Below are positions 1 through 12,112 of a DNA stretch of 64,000 bases, piece by piece; position 1 is the first letter of the stretch; each line of letters begins with the position of its first letter. The notes below the pieces were generated by a model. It did not search any database, had not been told where the DNA came from, and saw nothing but the letters and a program-made list of their open reading frames with translations. The position numbers and the translations under genes are program-made. The stretch is from contig ML996699.1 in assembly GCA_010356995.1 (NCBI GenBank), positions 154,323-218,322 on the forward strand. The letters are read 5' to 3'. This DNA is from Trichodelitschia bisporula (lineage: Eukaryota).

Positions 1-252
1 AGCGCCTTTCCCGAGCCGGCGTCCCACAGCCTGACCGTCCCGTCGTCCGATGCCGACGCCAGCTGCTTGCCGTCCGGCGAGAAGGCCACGGCCAAGACCC
101 CACTCGAATGGCCCTCGAGCGTCTGCAGCGCCATTCCCGAGCCGGCGTCCCACAACCTGACCGTCCCGTCGTGAGATGCCGACACCAGCTGCTTGCCGTC
201 CGGCGAGAAGGCCACGGCCAAGACCCAACTCGAATGGCCCTCGAGCGTATGC
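1..252 (-). repeat. Two tandem 126-bp WD40-encoding repeats with high internal conservation
   Basis: 1-126 and 127-252 differ at only 7 positions by manual alignment. The array continues past the left edge. Confidence 0.95.
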
Positions 253-3152
253 AGCAAGGCATCCCAGTTGTCCCTAACCTGCGGTAGTCCAGGCATCCAC
301 AGAGGCATTTGGCTTTGAAACCGCCTTCTTACAACACTTGCTGTCGGGGAAAATACCAGCGCGCTGCAATATGTCTGCAAGGGAGCTAGTTCGATGGCGG
401 ACCGGTTGTAGAGGACAAATCGTTTCATGTCATGAACAAACTCCGATAGTCGGGGACACCTCTGCGCCTGAGCCAAGTATCAGTCAAGTATCCCCACTCT
501 GCTTTACGTCCAGCTTACCGATATCATGGACTCCAAAGACACGATGGCATGGAACCCTTCGGAAACCTTTTGCATCCATCCAAGCGCCTCAAGCCAATGA
601 AGGAGATGCTCCTTCAGGAACTGATGAACTTCACCGTCGTCGTTGAGCTGAGATCCACTCTTATGAAGATGCTGCATCCAGTAGAGACATGCATACTGCT
701 TCTCAGGATGGAGGGAGCCTTCAACCTCATGACTGTCGACCTCGGTCTTGAGTACTCCAGGCCGACCTATTCCAAGCATGTCCTGCGTAAGGAAGCCAGA
801 CATGACCTGTATGCATTTCGTCGCAAGGGCTCGATGCGCCTCCTCTTCATCAACCCAGACACCTGTTTTCCCGCTTCTCCCTGGATTGAGAAGGAAGTCA
901 CGAAACGAAGGGTGATGTAAACGGAGTACGTCCCCTGGTTCCTTTGGAATGTCCAAAATGGCGTGAAGATCACCCAGTACCTGTCCCACATTCTGGCCGA
1001 GTAGCCTCCTCAAGGACGGGATGGAAAGTGAATTGAACAGGATCACGATGCCTCCAAGCACTTCCTTCAATGTGGATCGCACCTCCTCTGCATCATCGCC
1101 TTCATAGTTGGTAAGGGATTGGCGAAGAACAGTCGCGTAGATCTCGTCGAGATGCTGCTCTGGCCCTTTCACAGTGCTGTGGCTTTGACCGAGGATCAAG
1201 CTTAGTTTCTTGGGAGCCAATGTTCTTCCTTGTTGAACAAAGCGGCATGCAGTTTCAGCCCAGATGAACAGACCACTGGCGTTCCGGACAAGAGAGTCGA
1301 TGGCTTGCTCGCCTGGCCAATCTTTGTCAAAAGAGTGTTTGCGGGCTAAACGCTCGAGCTCGTGCCGTAGGAAGAAGCGGATATCATTGTCAACAGTCGA
1401 CTTCTTAATGTCGTGGAGCGCAAAGTCCAGGTGCTCGCTTGTTGGCATTTCGGATAAAGGAAACCGGATTGGCACTTCAGGTCTACTCGTTAAAAACAGC
1501 CGGAGCCGGGTTTTCTTCAGCAACTGAAAGAGATTCAGAATTTCCCCTACATCGTCCTCGCCCTCGCATTCGTCCAGGGCATCGATTACCAGGATGTACG
1601 GAGCAGAGGTGTCGCCTTCGAGCTTCGACATGGGACCGAGGATGAGATGATGCCACTGACTGCAGATAGGCTCTTCAGTGATGGTGTCTCGCTCCTTCAG
1701 AGCCTTGTAGAGAGACCGCTTTGCTCCCGACACATTGTCTGCAAGTTGCGCTGCGATGCTTGTCACGAACTTGGCGGCATGCCGGACATCTGCGCCACTT
1801 CGCGAGAAGAAGAAGCTGGCTCCAAGCCTTCCCTTCTGAAAACATTCGGCGGCCACAGTTTGAGCTACGGTGGACTTGCCGGTGCCAGCTAAACCACTCA
1901 ACCAGAAAATATTTGGCGAGTTCTCCCCGTAAGCCCAGGCGTAGATNNNNNNNNNNNNNNNNNNNNNNNNNNNNNNNNNNNNNNNNNNNNNNNNNNNNNN
2001 NNNNNNNNNNNNNNNNNNNNNNNNNNNNNNNNNNNNNNNNNNNNNNNNNNNNNNNNNNNNNNNNNNNNNNNNNNNNNNNNNNNNNNNNNNNNNNNNNNNN
2101 NNNNNNNNNNNNNNNNNNNNNNNNNNNNNNNNNNNNNNNNNNNNNNNNNNNNNNNNNNNNNNNNNNNNNNNNNNNNNNNNNNNNNNNNNNNNNNNNNNNN
2201 NNNNNNNNNNNNNNNNNNNNNNNNNNNNNNNNNNNNNNNNNNNNNNNNNNNNNNNNNNNNNNNNNNNNNNNNNNNNNNNNNNNNNNNNNNNNNNNNNNNN
2301 NNNNNNNNNNNNNNNNNNNNNNNNNNNNNNNNNNNNNNNNNNNNNNNNNNNNNNNNNNNNNNNNNNNNNNNNNNNNNNNNNNNNNNNNNNNNNNNNNNNN
2401 NNNNNNNNNNNNNNNNNNNNNNNNNNNNNNNNNNNNNNNNNNNNNNNNNNNNNNNNNNNNNNNNNNNNNNNNNNNNNNNNNNNNNNNNNNNNNNNNNNNN
2501 NNNNNNNNNNNNNNNNNNNNNNNNNNNNNNNNNNNNNNNNNNNNNNNNNNNNNNNNNNNNNNNNNNNNNNNNNNNNNNNNNNNNNNNNNNNNNNNNNNNN
2601 NNNNNNNNNNNNNNNNNNNNNNNNNNNNNNNNNNNNNNNNNNNNNNNNNNNNNNNNNNNNNNNNNNNNNNNNNNNNCGGATGTCGGCTTTTGCGCTCGGC
2701 ACACCGCCTCCGATGCCGACCAAGACGCCGAATTGAACCGAAGTGAAAGTTGACTTCATTTGAGCAACCGCCGAGGCCGCCGAGTTTGTGCCCGTCAGCC
2801 CCAAGACCATGATGACCGTATTGTGTTCGCCAACGCGGCCGAGCGTGTAGCTATTGGGATCGGAAGCGTCCCGGGGGAGAGGTTGGTGCTCTTCGTCGAG
2901 CATCTCCTGGGCTGCTGCAAGTTCAATGTCAAGCGCGCAAATCCACCCTATTATGTAGTCTTCGTGACGAAGTCGGCGGATTGGCTTTTTGTTGGTGGTT
3001 CTCTGGAGGGTAAGTGGTAAGGTTAAGGTCTGGCTGATATTGCTCGCGGGGGCAGGTGTGGTGGTCTCACCAGCAACAGGTGAGGAGGGTCGTGAAAGAC
3101 TGGAAGAGGCATGGAAGCGGTCCCGTATCGGGATCCGCTTTGCAGGTGGCAT
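1..3152 (-). CDS. Fungal NLR (STAND) protein, PNP_UDP-NACHT-WD40 architecture (HET-E/HET-D-like); 3' end beyond the window, internal assembly gap
   Basis: N-terminal nucleoside-phosphorylase-like motifs (YIIGWICALDIELAAA, DPNSYTLGRVGEHN, LVGIGGGVP). NACHT Walker A GLAGTGKST, LGASFFFSR, Walker B ILVIDALDEC, LHHPSFRDFL. Intron 468-518 (GTAAGC...CAG) joins the frame to ...APLQTYCSALVFSP...WDALLHTLEGHSSWVLAVAFSPDGKQLVSASHDGTVRLWD WD40 repeats. Confidence 0.95.
1947..2676. other. Assembly gap (N run) inside the NLR gene
   Basis: 730 consecutive N. Confidence 1.
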
Positions 3153-5239
3153 CTTGGAAATAATGATACTAGTTAAGAAATTGCGGACTTGTGAAAATGC
3201 AGGAGTGGAACTAGGAGGTTGAAGGCGAGGCTTTGGGGCTTCGAGCTGAGCTCAACTGCGGGGCAGAATGCCAAGAATGAGACTGTGAGCTGTCGGGCGC
3301 GGAGGGGACGACGAGATTGGAGGAGACACAGCCACATGCCACGGGGCATCAAGTTCTCCTACCAACTGATCAGTTTATAGACGAAGACTTCGCTGGAGGA
3401 CATACCCGGTTGTTCATCCATGTTGCACCGCCCACGCTGCTTGCGTCGTCTATGCCCGCGTCGTAGGTGCTGTACGGGATATCGAGACTGACCAGGGCTC
3501 GAGCATAAACAGGCTCAGGAGGATGTCGGAGTAGCGGTCATGGTTTTGGGTGGGAGTTTGGCAGCGTAGTGAGGGACCAATGGAGCATACAGACTGTTCT
3601 GATGAAGGAGATATGTTGAATTTGTGGCGGTAACCTGGGATGGCTGGAGCGGAGCCAGGAGACAGGGGTCGTCTCCTGGCGAGGTATATAGTCAGCTTAC
3701 GTCCTACTACTAGTTAATTAAGCAACTCAGTCATGTTCACACTTCATTTTAACAAGATACATAGTTGATTCTGTGGAAGAGGTGGCCGGGTAATGTATGA
3801 GATGGGTGTTAGCAAGCGTCCTGGTGCTGGATTAAAGGCTCGATTGGAGTTGAGCGGACGACATCGTATCAGTCATGTTTTATAGTGTCGCTAGCGCGGC
3901 ACTCGAGAAGCATACAGTACCGTGGAACAATTGAGCCCGCTGGGGCGTGCGGCCATTCTAACTGCGAAGGAAAGGTCTCATCCCCATCGAGGAGAAACGA
4001 TTGTCCATCCACAACTCCACAACTTGTCGTCAACAGACCAACAATGGCAAAAGGTTGAAGTAATAGACAGCGCCTAGCTTCCCCTCGAACTAGCCTAGCG
4101 GCTCCTCCCGTCCATCAAGCGGCCCCGCGTGGCCCGTATCCATCGCATTCCCGGCCTCGCAAGTACCCCATTCTTCTACCTCTTCGTTTGCGAATAAACC
4201 GCGCCCAGCTCTCCCCTCGTCGGATGGGCTATCGGAAATCACCTGGGCGGGCGAGACGAAGGGGTGGGCGAGACGAAAAAACGGCATGCGGGAGGACGCA
4301 TTGAGGCGGCGGCGATGGAGAGACCCAAGAGGGGCACGAGGCGGAAGCTAGAAAAAGTGGGGGAGGGCTGATTCTCGATTCGAGGTAAGCCCCATTTTAG
4401 ATTTTCTAATTCGTATAATTCGTCCGCTGGAATTTGTTAGCCATCAACAGGGATATTGAACACTCTAAGCGCCCAACTTCTTGGAAGCCTTGCATTGGGG
4501 AAACCTGACGGCAGAAAGGCCGTTACTAACCGCCGGATTTGGCGGCTATTTTCCCGCGGACACAGGTATATGTCTTCGACCTATGGCCGCATGTACAGGA
4601 AAGTGTGTACAAATTCTAGATCAAGGCTGAAAAAAAATTATGATTCTGTTCGACCGAGCAGCGTGGCTGTGGGTTAGGGGAAGGGGTAAGACGTAACGTC
4701 AGGCGTCCTAAACAACAGCGCACCTTGATGTGCTTCCCTTTCCTCATTTGAGCTCGGTTTCTCTTTCCTCTCGCCTTTCTGAGTCAGCGATTCATGGCGT
4801 CAGTAGTAAGGCTAGGAGAGACTTGGAAGCATGAGGTGAGGGTGCGGAGGCATTGAAGAGGGTCTGAAGATGGGATGAGGAGACTATAGAGGAAGACGGG
4901 CGGAAGACAACCGATGAAGACATAGCCAGACGTTGCTTCCCCGGCTCAGCTTCTTTTCAATGGCAAGTGTTGGACGAACAGTTGCACTTGTCACCCGAGT
5001 GGGCCACCCATCCGAAATGAGAGAGCACGACCTAGGCGAACATGCTTACAATACAAGGGGATCAAGGGCGTTCCTTCTTCAAGAATTGCCCAGAAAATAG
5101 AGCACACATATCGTCCGAAGACGGAGAAAACTTTGGTAAATACTGCGCCAAGATGGTCGCTTCACCGAGCATTCGAAGTCGCAGCTTCAACTTTATATTA
5201 TTCCGCCGAAGAAACCTCCCCGGTCAACCACGTAGCACC

Positions 5240-6527
5240 ATGACACTGCGCTCAGCCGCTCGCGTTACAATGGCCCGTCGCACTGTGTTGCTCTCGCTGA
5301 TTGCGATCTTGGTGATCGTTCTTCTGCTTCCGGCCCAGGTGCCTGTTTTCCAGTCAGTCACTGCTGAGCTGCAACCTGAAATCTTCGATGATAGCACCAC
5401 AGCCAGCCAGTTGCTGGAAATATTCCATAAGAGACTCATTGCCGCGGTACGCCCTTCACCAACTCACCTTTTCTGCTGCTTAGAGTCCTAACGTACCAGA
5501 ACGCGATCAATGAAGTCAACGTGTCGCTGACTGGCCGTCTCTCCGGACCACGGGAATGCGTTACGGACACCGATGACGAACCACCGGAGGTAGCGAGCGC
5601 CTTTTTTGAAGAGGAGAACACCCAGTGGAATGAGAACAAGTGTCGGGGTGCACGCCTGTATGGCCTTATGGGCATGACGCGGGAAGAGGCAACGGCTTCT
5701 TTGAAATATGATAGCGAAAGCGTCTATCACGACGACAGCTATACTGCGGAGAGCGGCTGGGAAATTCTCGGCTCCAAGTCCCAAACCCAACTCTCCGTTT
5801 TTGGTGCGGAGGATGCGTTAAATGCCTTGGGGCTGCCCGAAATAACCGGACCTGGAGCGGACAACCAAGTGCTGCATCTGGAACAGAACGACCCCTACGT
5901 GATCGATGGGAAATCGTGGCCGGTGGGTAGGCTCGCTGAACAGTAACACTCATGCTAACGCGACGAGTCATCAAACGCCAAGTTCTCGAACGTCTACAAC
6001 ATTAAGAACAACTTCATTGCTGCTTTTAGCACCTTCGGACCATCGTACTACATCGATCGGCGGTCCGTCCGCGCTCCTTTACCACCCCTCAGCCGCTGGT
6101 CAGATGCTGTCTTCCAAGTCTGGCAGAAGCTGCAGGGCGGAGGCAACGGTCGTATCAACGCTCCTCAATACGTTCTGCGCGTGGATATCACAAACCCAGA
6201 GACAAAAAGCGCCGTCAGCAGGGCCCTCAAGATGACCGCTTGTCAGCCGCCGTTGACCAAGGAAGAGAAGGAAAAGTGGCCCACGTGGCCTGGAGTGACG
6301 TACAGCACACAGCATTCCAAGGGCCAAGGGATCCTAGGTAAGCCATCTACGCTCGTATTCGGCACCTACTAACGAGCAAAGGCACGCCTAATTTGCGGGG
6401 TGTGGCGTGGCTGTTAATCAACCACAAGGAGCGGTTTGGACTGAAGCGCGTGACGGAGATTACCGTGTTCCGGACGGGTGTCTTAGGCCAACCGAATATG
6501 CTTCTGGCAAAAATCGAGGATGTTTGA
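5240..6527 (+). CDS. Uncharacterised secreted or membrane-anchored protein, 4 exons
   Basis: ATG at 5240 (or 5270) is followed by hydrophobic TVLLSLIAILVIVLLL. Introns 5447-5499, 5923-5967 and 6338-6381, each with a CTAAC branch site, keep one frame to TGA 6525-6527. The C-terminal motifs LPPLSRWSDAVFQVW, WPG and LGTPNLRGVAWLLINHK resemble a fungal hypothetical family as I recall it. Confidence 0.75.
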
Positions 6528-7414
6528 CGGAAGATTTTACGATGGACCGGTCAAAAAGTGATATCATTCGGAGCGGATGCCTGCCTTGGCCCTGACACGA
6601 CTGCTGACGGTATATCAGACGCTGGTATGCGGTCGCTACTTATTGTTAGCTCATTTTTGCTAGAAAGAACGATACCCGAATGATGAGCCTATGATATATG
6701 ACCATTGTGTACACCACGCCAGACCGTCCCAAAAGGGTAATTCCCGCCAAGGCTCACAAGACGCCGTTGCATTTGCTCCATGCACCACGCGAACATAGGT
6801 GCTGTATGAACCTGACTTCCAAGACTGGCGCAAGAATGCTGGGAGGGGACGGTGGAGGAGAGGGGGCGAATGAGGGAGGGGTCGGTTCGTAAGATGGGGT
6901 GTGTTAAGAGGAGATGAAAATGATCGGATACTGTCCTGTTCCGTCTCGGTCTGAGGACTGTGTCCGGGATTAGGACTGCTGATGAAGCGGAAGTGACAGC
7001 TCCACTTTTATTATTACTGTTATGGTAGGGGAGATTAAAAGAAGTTGACTTTGTAGGTCAAGAGACGTGGATGGGGACGACTGGTGACGATAGCCTTATC
7101 CGGGTGGACATGTTGCGTAATGAAAGCCAAGGGAGCTGAGCTCTTGAAGGTTTTGCAGCATATACTCAAGAGACTAAAGGATTGCTGAAGCTGCCCAGTA
7201 GATGGGGGGGGTGGGGTGCATAAAGATATAGAGGTGAGGTCGGGCAAGACCGCATCACATGGCATCACGTCAAATTGCCATCCGAAAAGGTCATGGCCAC
7301 ATCCATCAATAAAAGCGCCCAGAAAGACGGCCACAACTTTTTTTTGGATGCCACTGGGTCATTGCCAAGCCATCAACACTCACAGCAAGTGGCCTGTGCA
7401 CCGCTCCCCCGGGG

Positions 7415-7422
7415 TATAAATA
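7415..7422 (+). promoter_or_regulatory. TATA box upstream of U2 snRNA
   Basis: TATAAATA about 45 bp upstream of the U2 5' end, followed by a pyrimidine tract. Confidence 0.6.
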
Positions 7423-7462
7423 CCTCACCTTCCCCCTTCCAAATCCTCTTCTTCTTTTCCCC

Positions 7463-7652
7463 AGCTCTCTTTGCCTTTGGCTTAGATCAAGTGTAGTATC
7501 TGTTCTTTTCAGTTTAATCTCTGAAACGACTCTACGGAGTCAACTTCAAGATTAATCTTATTTTTGATCTTTTGTCGGTTCGGCCTCTGTGCTTGCGTAT
7601 TGTCGGCTGGCACTGTGTCGCTCCTATTGCACTACCTGGAACTGATGCGAAT
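7463..7652 (+). ncRNA. U2: U2 spliceosomal snRNA (ends approximate)
   Basis: Conserved 5' sequence CTTTGCC-TTT-GGCTTAGATCAAGTGTAGTATCTGTTCTT with branch-recognition GTAGTA at 7493-7498. Stem IIa 7507-7526. Stem IIb GACTC-TACG-GAGTC 7528-7541. IIc complement AGATTAA 7549-7555. Sm site ATTTTTG 7560-7566. SL IV loop ATTGCAC. Confidence 0.97.
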
Positions 7653-8324
7653 GACCTCTTTTTTTCATCATGGTCTTCGGCTTGTTCCGGGACTTTGGAG
7701 AAGAAATGGCTCTTTCCTTGAGCTGTGGGCCTTTGCTTGAAGGGGGACCATGTGGATGAACCGCCGCTTTGATACTACGGATTGCTAGGACCGCAGTGAC
7801 AGTACGGTCGCAATGAGCGGTAGATACATGAACTCGGTCTGCGGATACGCCTCGATGCTGGGACTACACTCGACAAGCTGATTAAATGTCTTCACGTTAT
7901 TCTGAGCTGAGATCTAAGCTCATCGTATGTGACAACTTTTCTTCCACCGCATGGACGAGTGTTGTTTTGTAAGCTCTAGGATCTTCTTAGGCAGTCGTTT
8001 TGGAGCCTCTCCAGGGGCTTGATTCATGCTAGTTCCTCTGTGGAGAAACAGCAAGAACCAGGCCCACTGAGAAACACCAGAACGACTGCCTGAGAAGGGC
8101 CCTTGACGCATACAAGACAACACCCGTCCAGCAGAGTACAATATTCAGTTCGACCCCAATTCCATCTATTCCAATCGTAAGGAGCGTGTGTCCACTCGGG
8201 CATCCAATAATCCGCCTAATCATCATCATCAAGCCTCCCAACCCGCAGGAAAATGCAAATCCAAACCCCACTCGAACCAAAAAAACGCCCCAAATGCCTA
8301 CTCATCTCCAAAAACCACACATGC

Positions 8325-9308
8325 TTAAACCACCATGAGAGCCACACCCGCAACCACCCCCCCAAGCACCAGCCCCAGAAATCCCCCCCAAGACCCCACC
8401 GTCACCCTCCCCGCCCCACTCGGCTGCAACTTTGGCCCACTGCTCCCCGTCTCCTCCGCCCCCCCCGCCGCAATCGGCTGCACAACCGCCCAGCTAGTCA
8501 ACGTAACCGGGCGCCCATCCGCCGCCGTCGTCGTCAGGAGCAATAAACTGCTCACCTTGCTCGCGCTCGGCGTTATCGTAGTCAACACCGTGCGGCCCTT
8601 CGAATCCGTCGTCTTCATAGTCGTCGGCGTGACGGGCGCAGGCACGAAGGTTGATAAGGGGGATAGGCTCGTCTGGCCTGCGCTCGTGACTACGGCGGCG
8701 GGGACGACGGTGGATGTGGTGATGGTGCGTCCGTTGCTGGTTGTGGTGACGGCGACTTCGACGCTGGTGCTCGCGGCTGCGATCACGGTGGCTGTCTGCT
8801 CCACCGTCGACCCCGCGCTGTTTGTCGTCGTCAGCGTCACGGGGACGAGGACCGTTGCCGTTGGCGTGGTGCTCGTACTCGCCGGCGGGGGCGGCGGCGG
8901 GGGCGTGCTGCTCGTCACCGTGCCATTCTGCCTCTTGCCCAGCTTCTCAAAATGTGGCTCCGGGGCCGCGAGCTCCGCCTGGCGGCGCACGAGATCGAGT
9001 GCTGCGGCGGCGAGGAGCCGGGTTGCGGCGGGGGGGTCGCGGGCGTGCACCGCTGCTACGGCCGAGCGGTCTGTTTCGTAGACGCCGTCTTGGAAGCGCT
9101 CTGCGTGTTGGTGGAGGGCGGAGTGTAGGGCGTCTGGCGGGAGGAGGTTGAGCAGGGCTAGGAACTCTGGATTCGCAGGGTGGGACTGCGTTTGTAGCTC
9201 GCGGAGGGTTTGGAGATCCGCTGGGGAGGCGGGGCGGATGTGCGGGTGTTGTTGGGCGGAGGTTAGGGGGAGGAGGAAGGCGGCGGGGAGGAGGGCGAGG
9301 GCGCGCAT
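8325..9308 (-). CDS. Secreted Ser/Thr-rich, probably GPI-anchored cell-surface protein
   Basis: Signal peptide MRALALLPAAFLLPLTSA from ATG 9308, Kex2-like RR/KR sites, Thr/Ser-rich body, hydrophobic C-terminal tail after PSGAG. Confidence 0.8.
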   Translation of the reverse strand: MRALALLPAAFLLPLTSAQQHPHIRPASPADLQTLRELQTQSHPANPEFLALLNLLPPDALHSALHQHAERFQDGVYETDRSAVAAVHARDPPAATRLLAAAALDLVRRQAELAAPEPHFEKLGKRQNGTVTSSTPPPPPPPASTSTTPTATVLVPVTLTTTNSAGSTVEQTATVIAAASTSVEVAVTTTSNGRTITTSTVVPAAVVTSAGQTSLSPLSTFVPAPVTPTTMKTTDSKGRTVLTTITPSASKVSSLLLLTTTAADGRPVTLTSWAVVQPIAAGGAEETGSSGPKLQPSGAGRVTVGSWGGFLGLVLGGVVAGVALMVV

Positions 9309-12112
9309 CGTGGGCGCTGTTGAAGGGGCGTGTTCGTCGTCGAAAAGGCCGTTGAGGGTGTGCTTTCGTTGCTTCGAGAGGTGAAGTCGGCGCCGTGGAT
9401 CGGATCTCCGCCGGGCAGGGGGCGTCGGCCGCCTTTTGAGGCCTTGCGGCTTTTTGGGGCGAGTCTGGTTTGACGAAGGCTGGGCTGCGTCGCGGTGGCC
9501 TGTGCTCTGCTGTTGCGTCCGTGTGTGTGTGGCGCTCTTTCGCGGCGGGAGGCAGGGGGTTGGATGTGTGGATGCGCGCCACGCGGCTGGGTGGCAGGCT
9601 GCGGAGGTGAGACGCGGGCGATGTGGCGCCGTGTGCAACAATTGGAAGGCGAGCAGCGGAGTCGTGGATTGAGCGACGGGGAGATAACTCTCGTACAACG
9701 ATCTACCAGTCACGACAGGCAAAAGCGAAAGAATAGATCACCCAGCGAAAGAAAAAAAGGAGCGAGAGCAAACAAACACGCCCAGCATGTCATCTTGAAC
9801 CCCGTCTTTATCCCCCGCCCCAAGCCTCCGCCCACTTTCCCAGTCCTCGCACCCGCACCGCCAGGGTGAGAATCAAGGCCGACATGGCGAAGCGCAATCA
9901 CTGTGAAGACCGCTGCGCATCACTTCACCCGTCCCAGGTCCACTTCGGCTCGCCTTTCAATAAAGACTACTGCGGTAGAGCGTGTCTATCCTTCCGTCCT
10001 GCGCCTAGCACCGCGACGCTTCCGGCCGCGTTACGTCGCGCGGGCGCCCAAGACGAGCCAATCCCCGAAGTTGCGATCCCGATGACAGAACTGCCGATTG
10101 CGACTCGGGTGGGGATACGAAAGTGCGAGTAGCCGGAGGGTGGGGATTTGCCGGGTGACGTCGTTTAGAAGGCGATAGTGTGTGCCATATTGCACGGTTT
10201 GCGCTCGGAGCCGGGGAAAGCGCGCGCACGCACCGTATACCCCGAATCCTGATCCCTCGCCCATCAGCCCGGTGCTGGGCAACGGGAAGGAAGACGAACA
10301 TCGTCATCCTCATTATTCCTGCCTCCCTCAATCCTTTCAAACGTGGTTTCCCACCGCCCTTCAACATGCACAGCCTCAGCCCCTCCTGCAGCGCAAAAAC
10401 GCAAAACGCACATGAAAAACTGAAACGCGCGTTCAAGCTCAGCTCCTCCGCTTGGCAATGCACATGAGGCTAGGAGCATTGCGTGACTGGCCCGCTTCGC
10501 ACGCTTCGCGACGCCTCTCAATGCGGATGGCGTGCGCTATTCATAGCCCCGGCATGTCAGAGCCTTACGAGGTATGCGGCGGGGGCAGGAGGGGAAACGA
10601 TCGGCGAAGAGGGGCGGGAAGGGCCACTCGCTTCTTGCTTGTGACACGGTGTTTTGGGACGACGCGCTTGTTGTGGGACGGGAGAATCGATATTTGCTAG
10701 CGAGGGCAATATTCGTGGAGGCGAGAATTATGGGTTTCCGAGTCCCGATGTTCGGAGTGCTCTGCTCTGCTTTCCCCGCGAATGGGGCTGGGAATAGATG
10801 CTGTCACATTCGTCCCGCATCCCGCGACCCGTAGGCCGGGAAGCTGTGCTAGGCAGGAGGGTCGCACAGCGTCGGTGAAGCCTCCGCGCCTGCGCGTACG
10901 CAAGACAAATACCCGCACGCAAGAATGAAGACAAGATATTCGAGCTGACCACGGCGACGCAGAAGAAAACAACTGATCTCAGCCGCCCTCCATCCCAGCT
11001 GTCTGGCCCAGCAACATGCAAGCCAGCAGGCGGAGCAAGTCAAGCAAAACAACGCGCAAGCATCCGTGCATACCACACAAGATGCAATTATTCTTTCTGT
11101 GAACGGTAGCAGCGGGGCGTCAAAATCTCGTACCACCTCACGTTGATCGCCCCAGTGATATGCCCTCGCGATGTGCACCGGGATATGGTACTCAGACCAT
11201 CTACCAGGTTATCCCGTCGCTGCAGAGAGAGCATAACTCGTTCGACTGTCAACTACGTTGATATCTCTCAACCGGAGATACCGTGGTGCCTCAACCCCGC
11301 GCTCGCATACCTTATCAAGCTCAAGCCTTCGTGGCGGCCGATACGCGAAGCTGGCAGATAGCCTTTTCCCACATCGCCACGCTCCCAGCCTCGCCTCGCT
11401 CCCAAACCCAAAGCGCCTGCCTCTTCCAGCGCGGAGCGCGGCGGGCGAGTCAGCGTTTCATCACTGACTTGCCCACCAAGAAACATCACGACATTACCAG
11501 AGAGAGGCAGATAGACCAAATACAGCGTACGTAGCGATAAAAAGCGACGTCGTCGTCGTCCCAAGCCACCCGCCGCGCTTAAAAAGTTGGCAGCTCGGCG
11601 GGCGGCGGGCGGCGGAGCGTTACAACGTCCCGTCCCGCGATGTGGAAATGAAGTTCTGCGATATGGGCGGCGCCTATCCACGGTTACCCCGCAATCTGTT
11701 TCTACTGTATCAAGGACGATAAGTCCAAGCTTGGAGCTGGGAACTTGGGCCATGGGGGCGTCGCAAGGACGAGATATATCCCCCCGAGTTCCCCTCCCTC
11801 AGCACAGGCAACGAGTAGCACCACTCTCATCCCATCCAGTCGATTATGATCACGAGTATCCTACCTACAGCCCACAGGGCCCCAACATCCATCTATACCC
11901 CGCCTGCCCCAATCCAGAAGCACATACCCCGCCAAACCAGACCCGGCCCCTTGCCCGCCTGGGAACCCACGAACGAACCATGATCCTCGCCAGCATTAAA
12001 CACCGTCCGCCTGCGAAAAGAAGACCAGCATCCACGCTCGAATAACAGACAGGCAAATGTCCAGGAAGCACAAAGACACAAGGGAATCAACACCCCCGCT
12101 CTACCCGGCCCC

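Noticed and set aside
1721..2746. ORFs spanning the N run in other frames
   Set aside because: Artefacts of translating through the gap.
9309..9722. N-terminal extension of the 465-aa ORF
   Set aside because: The signal peptide begins at Met 9308; the upstream frame looks like open UTR.
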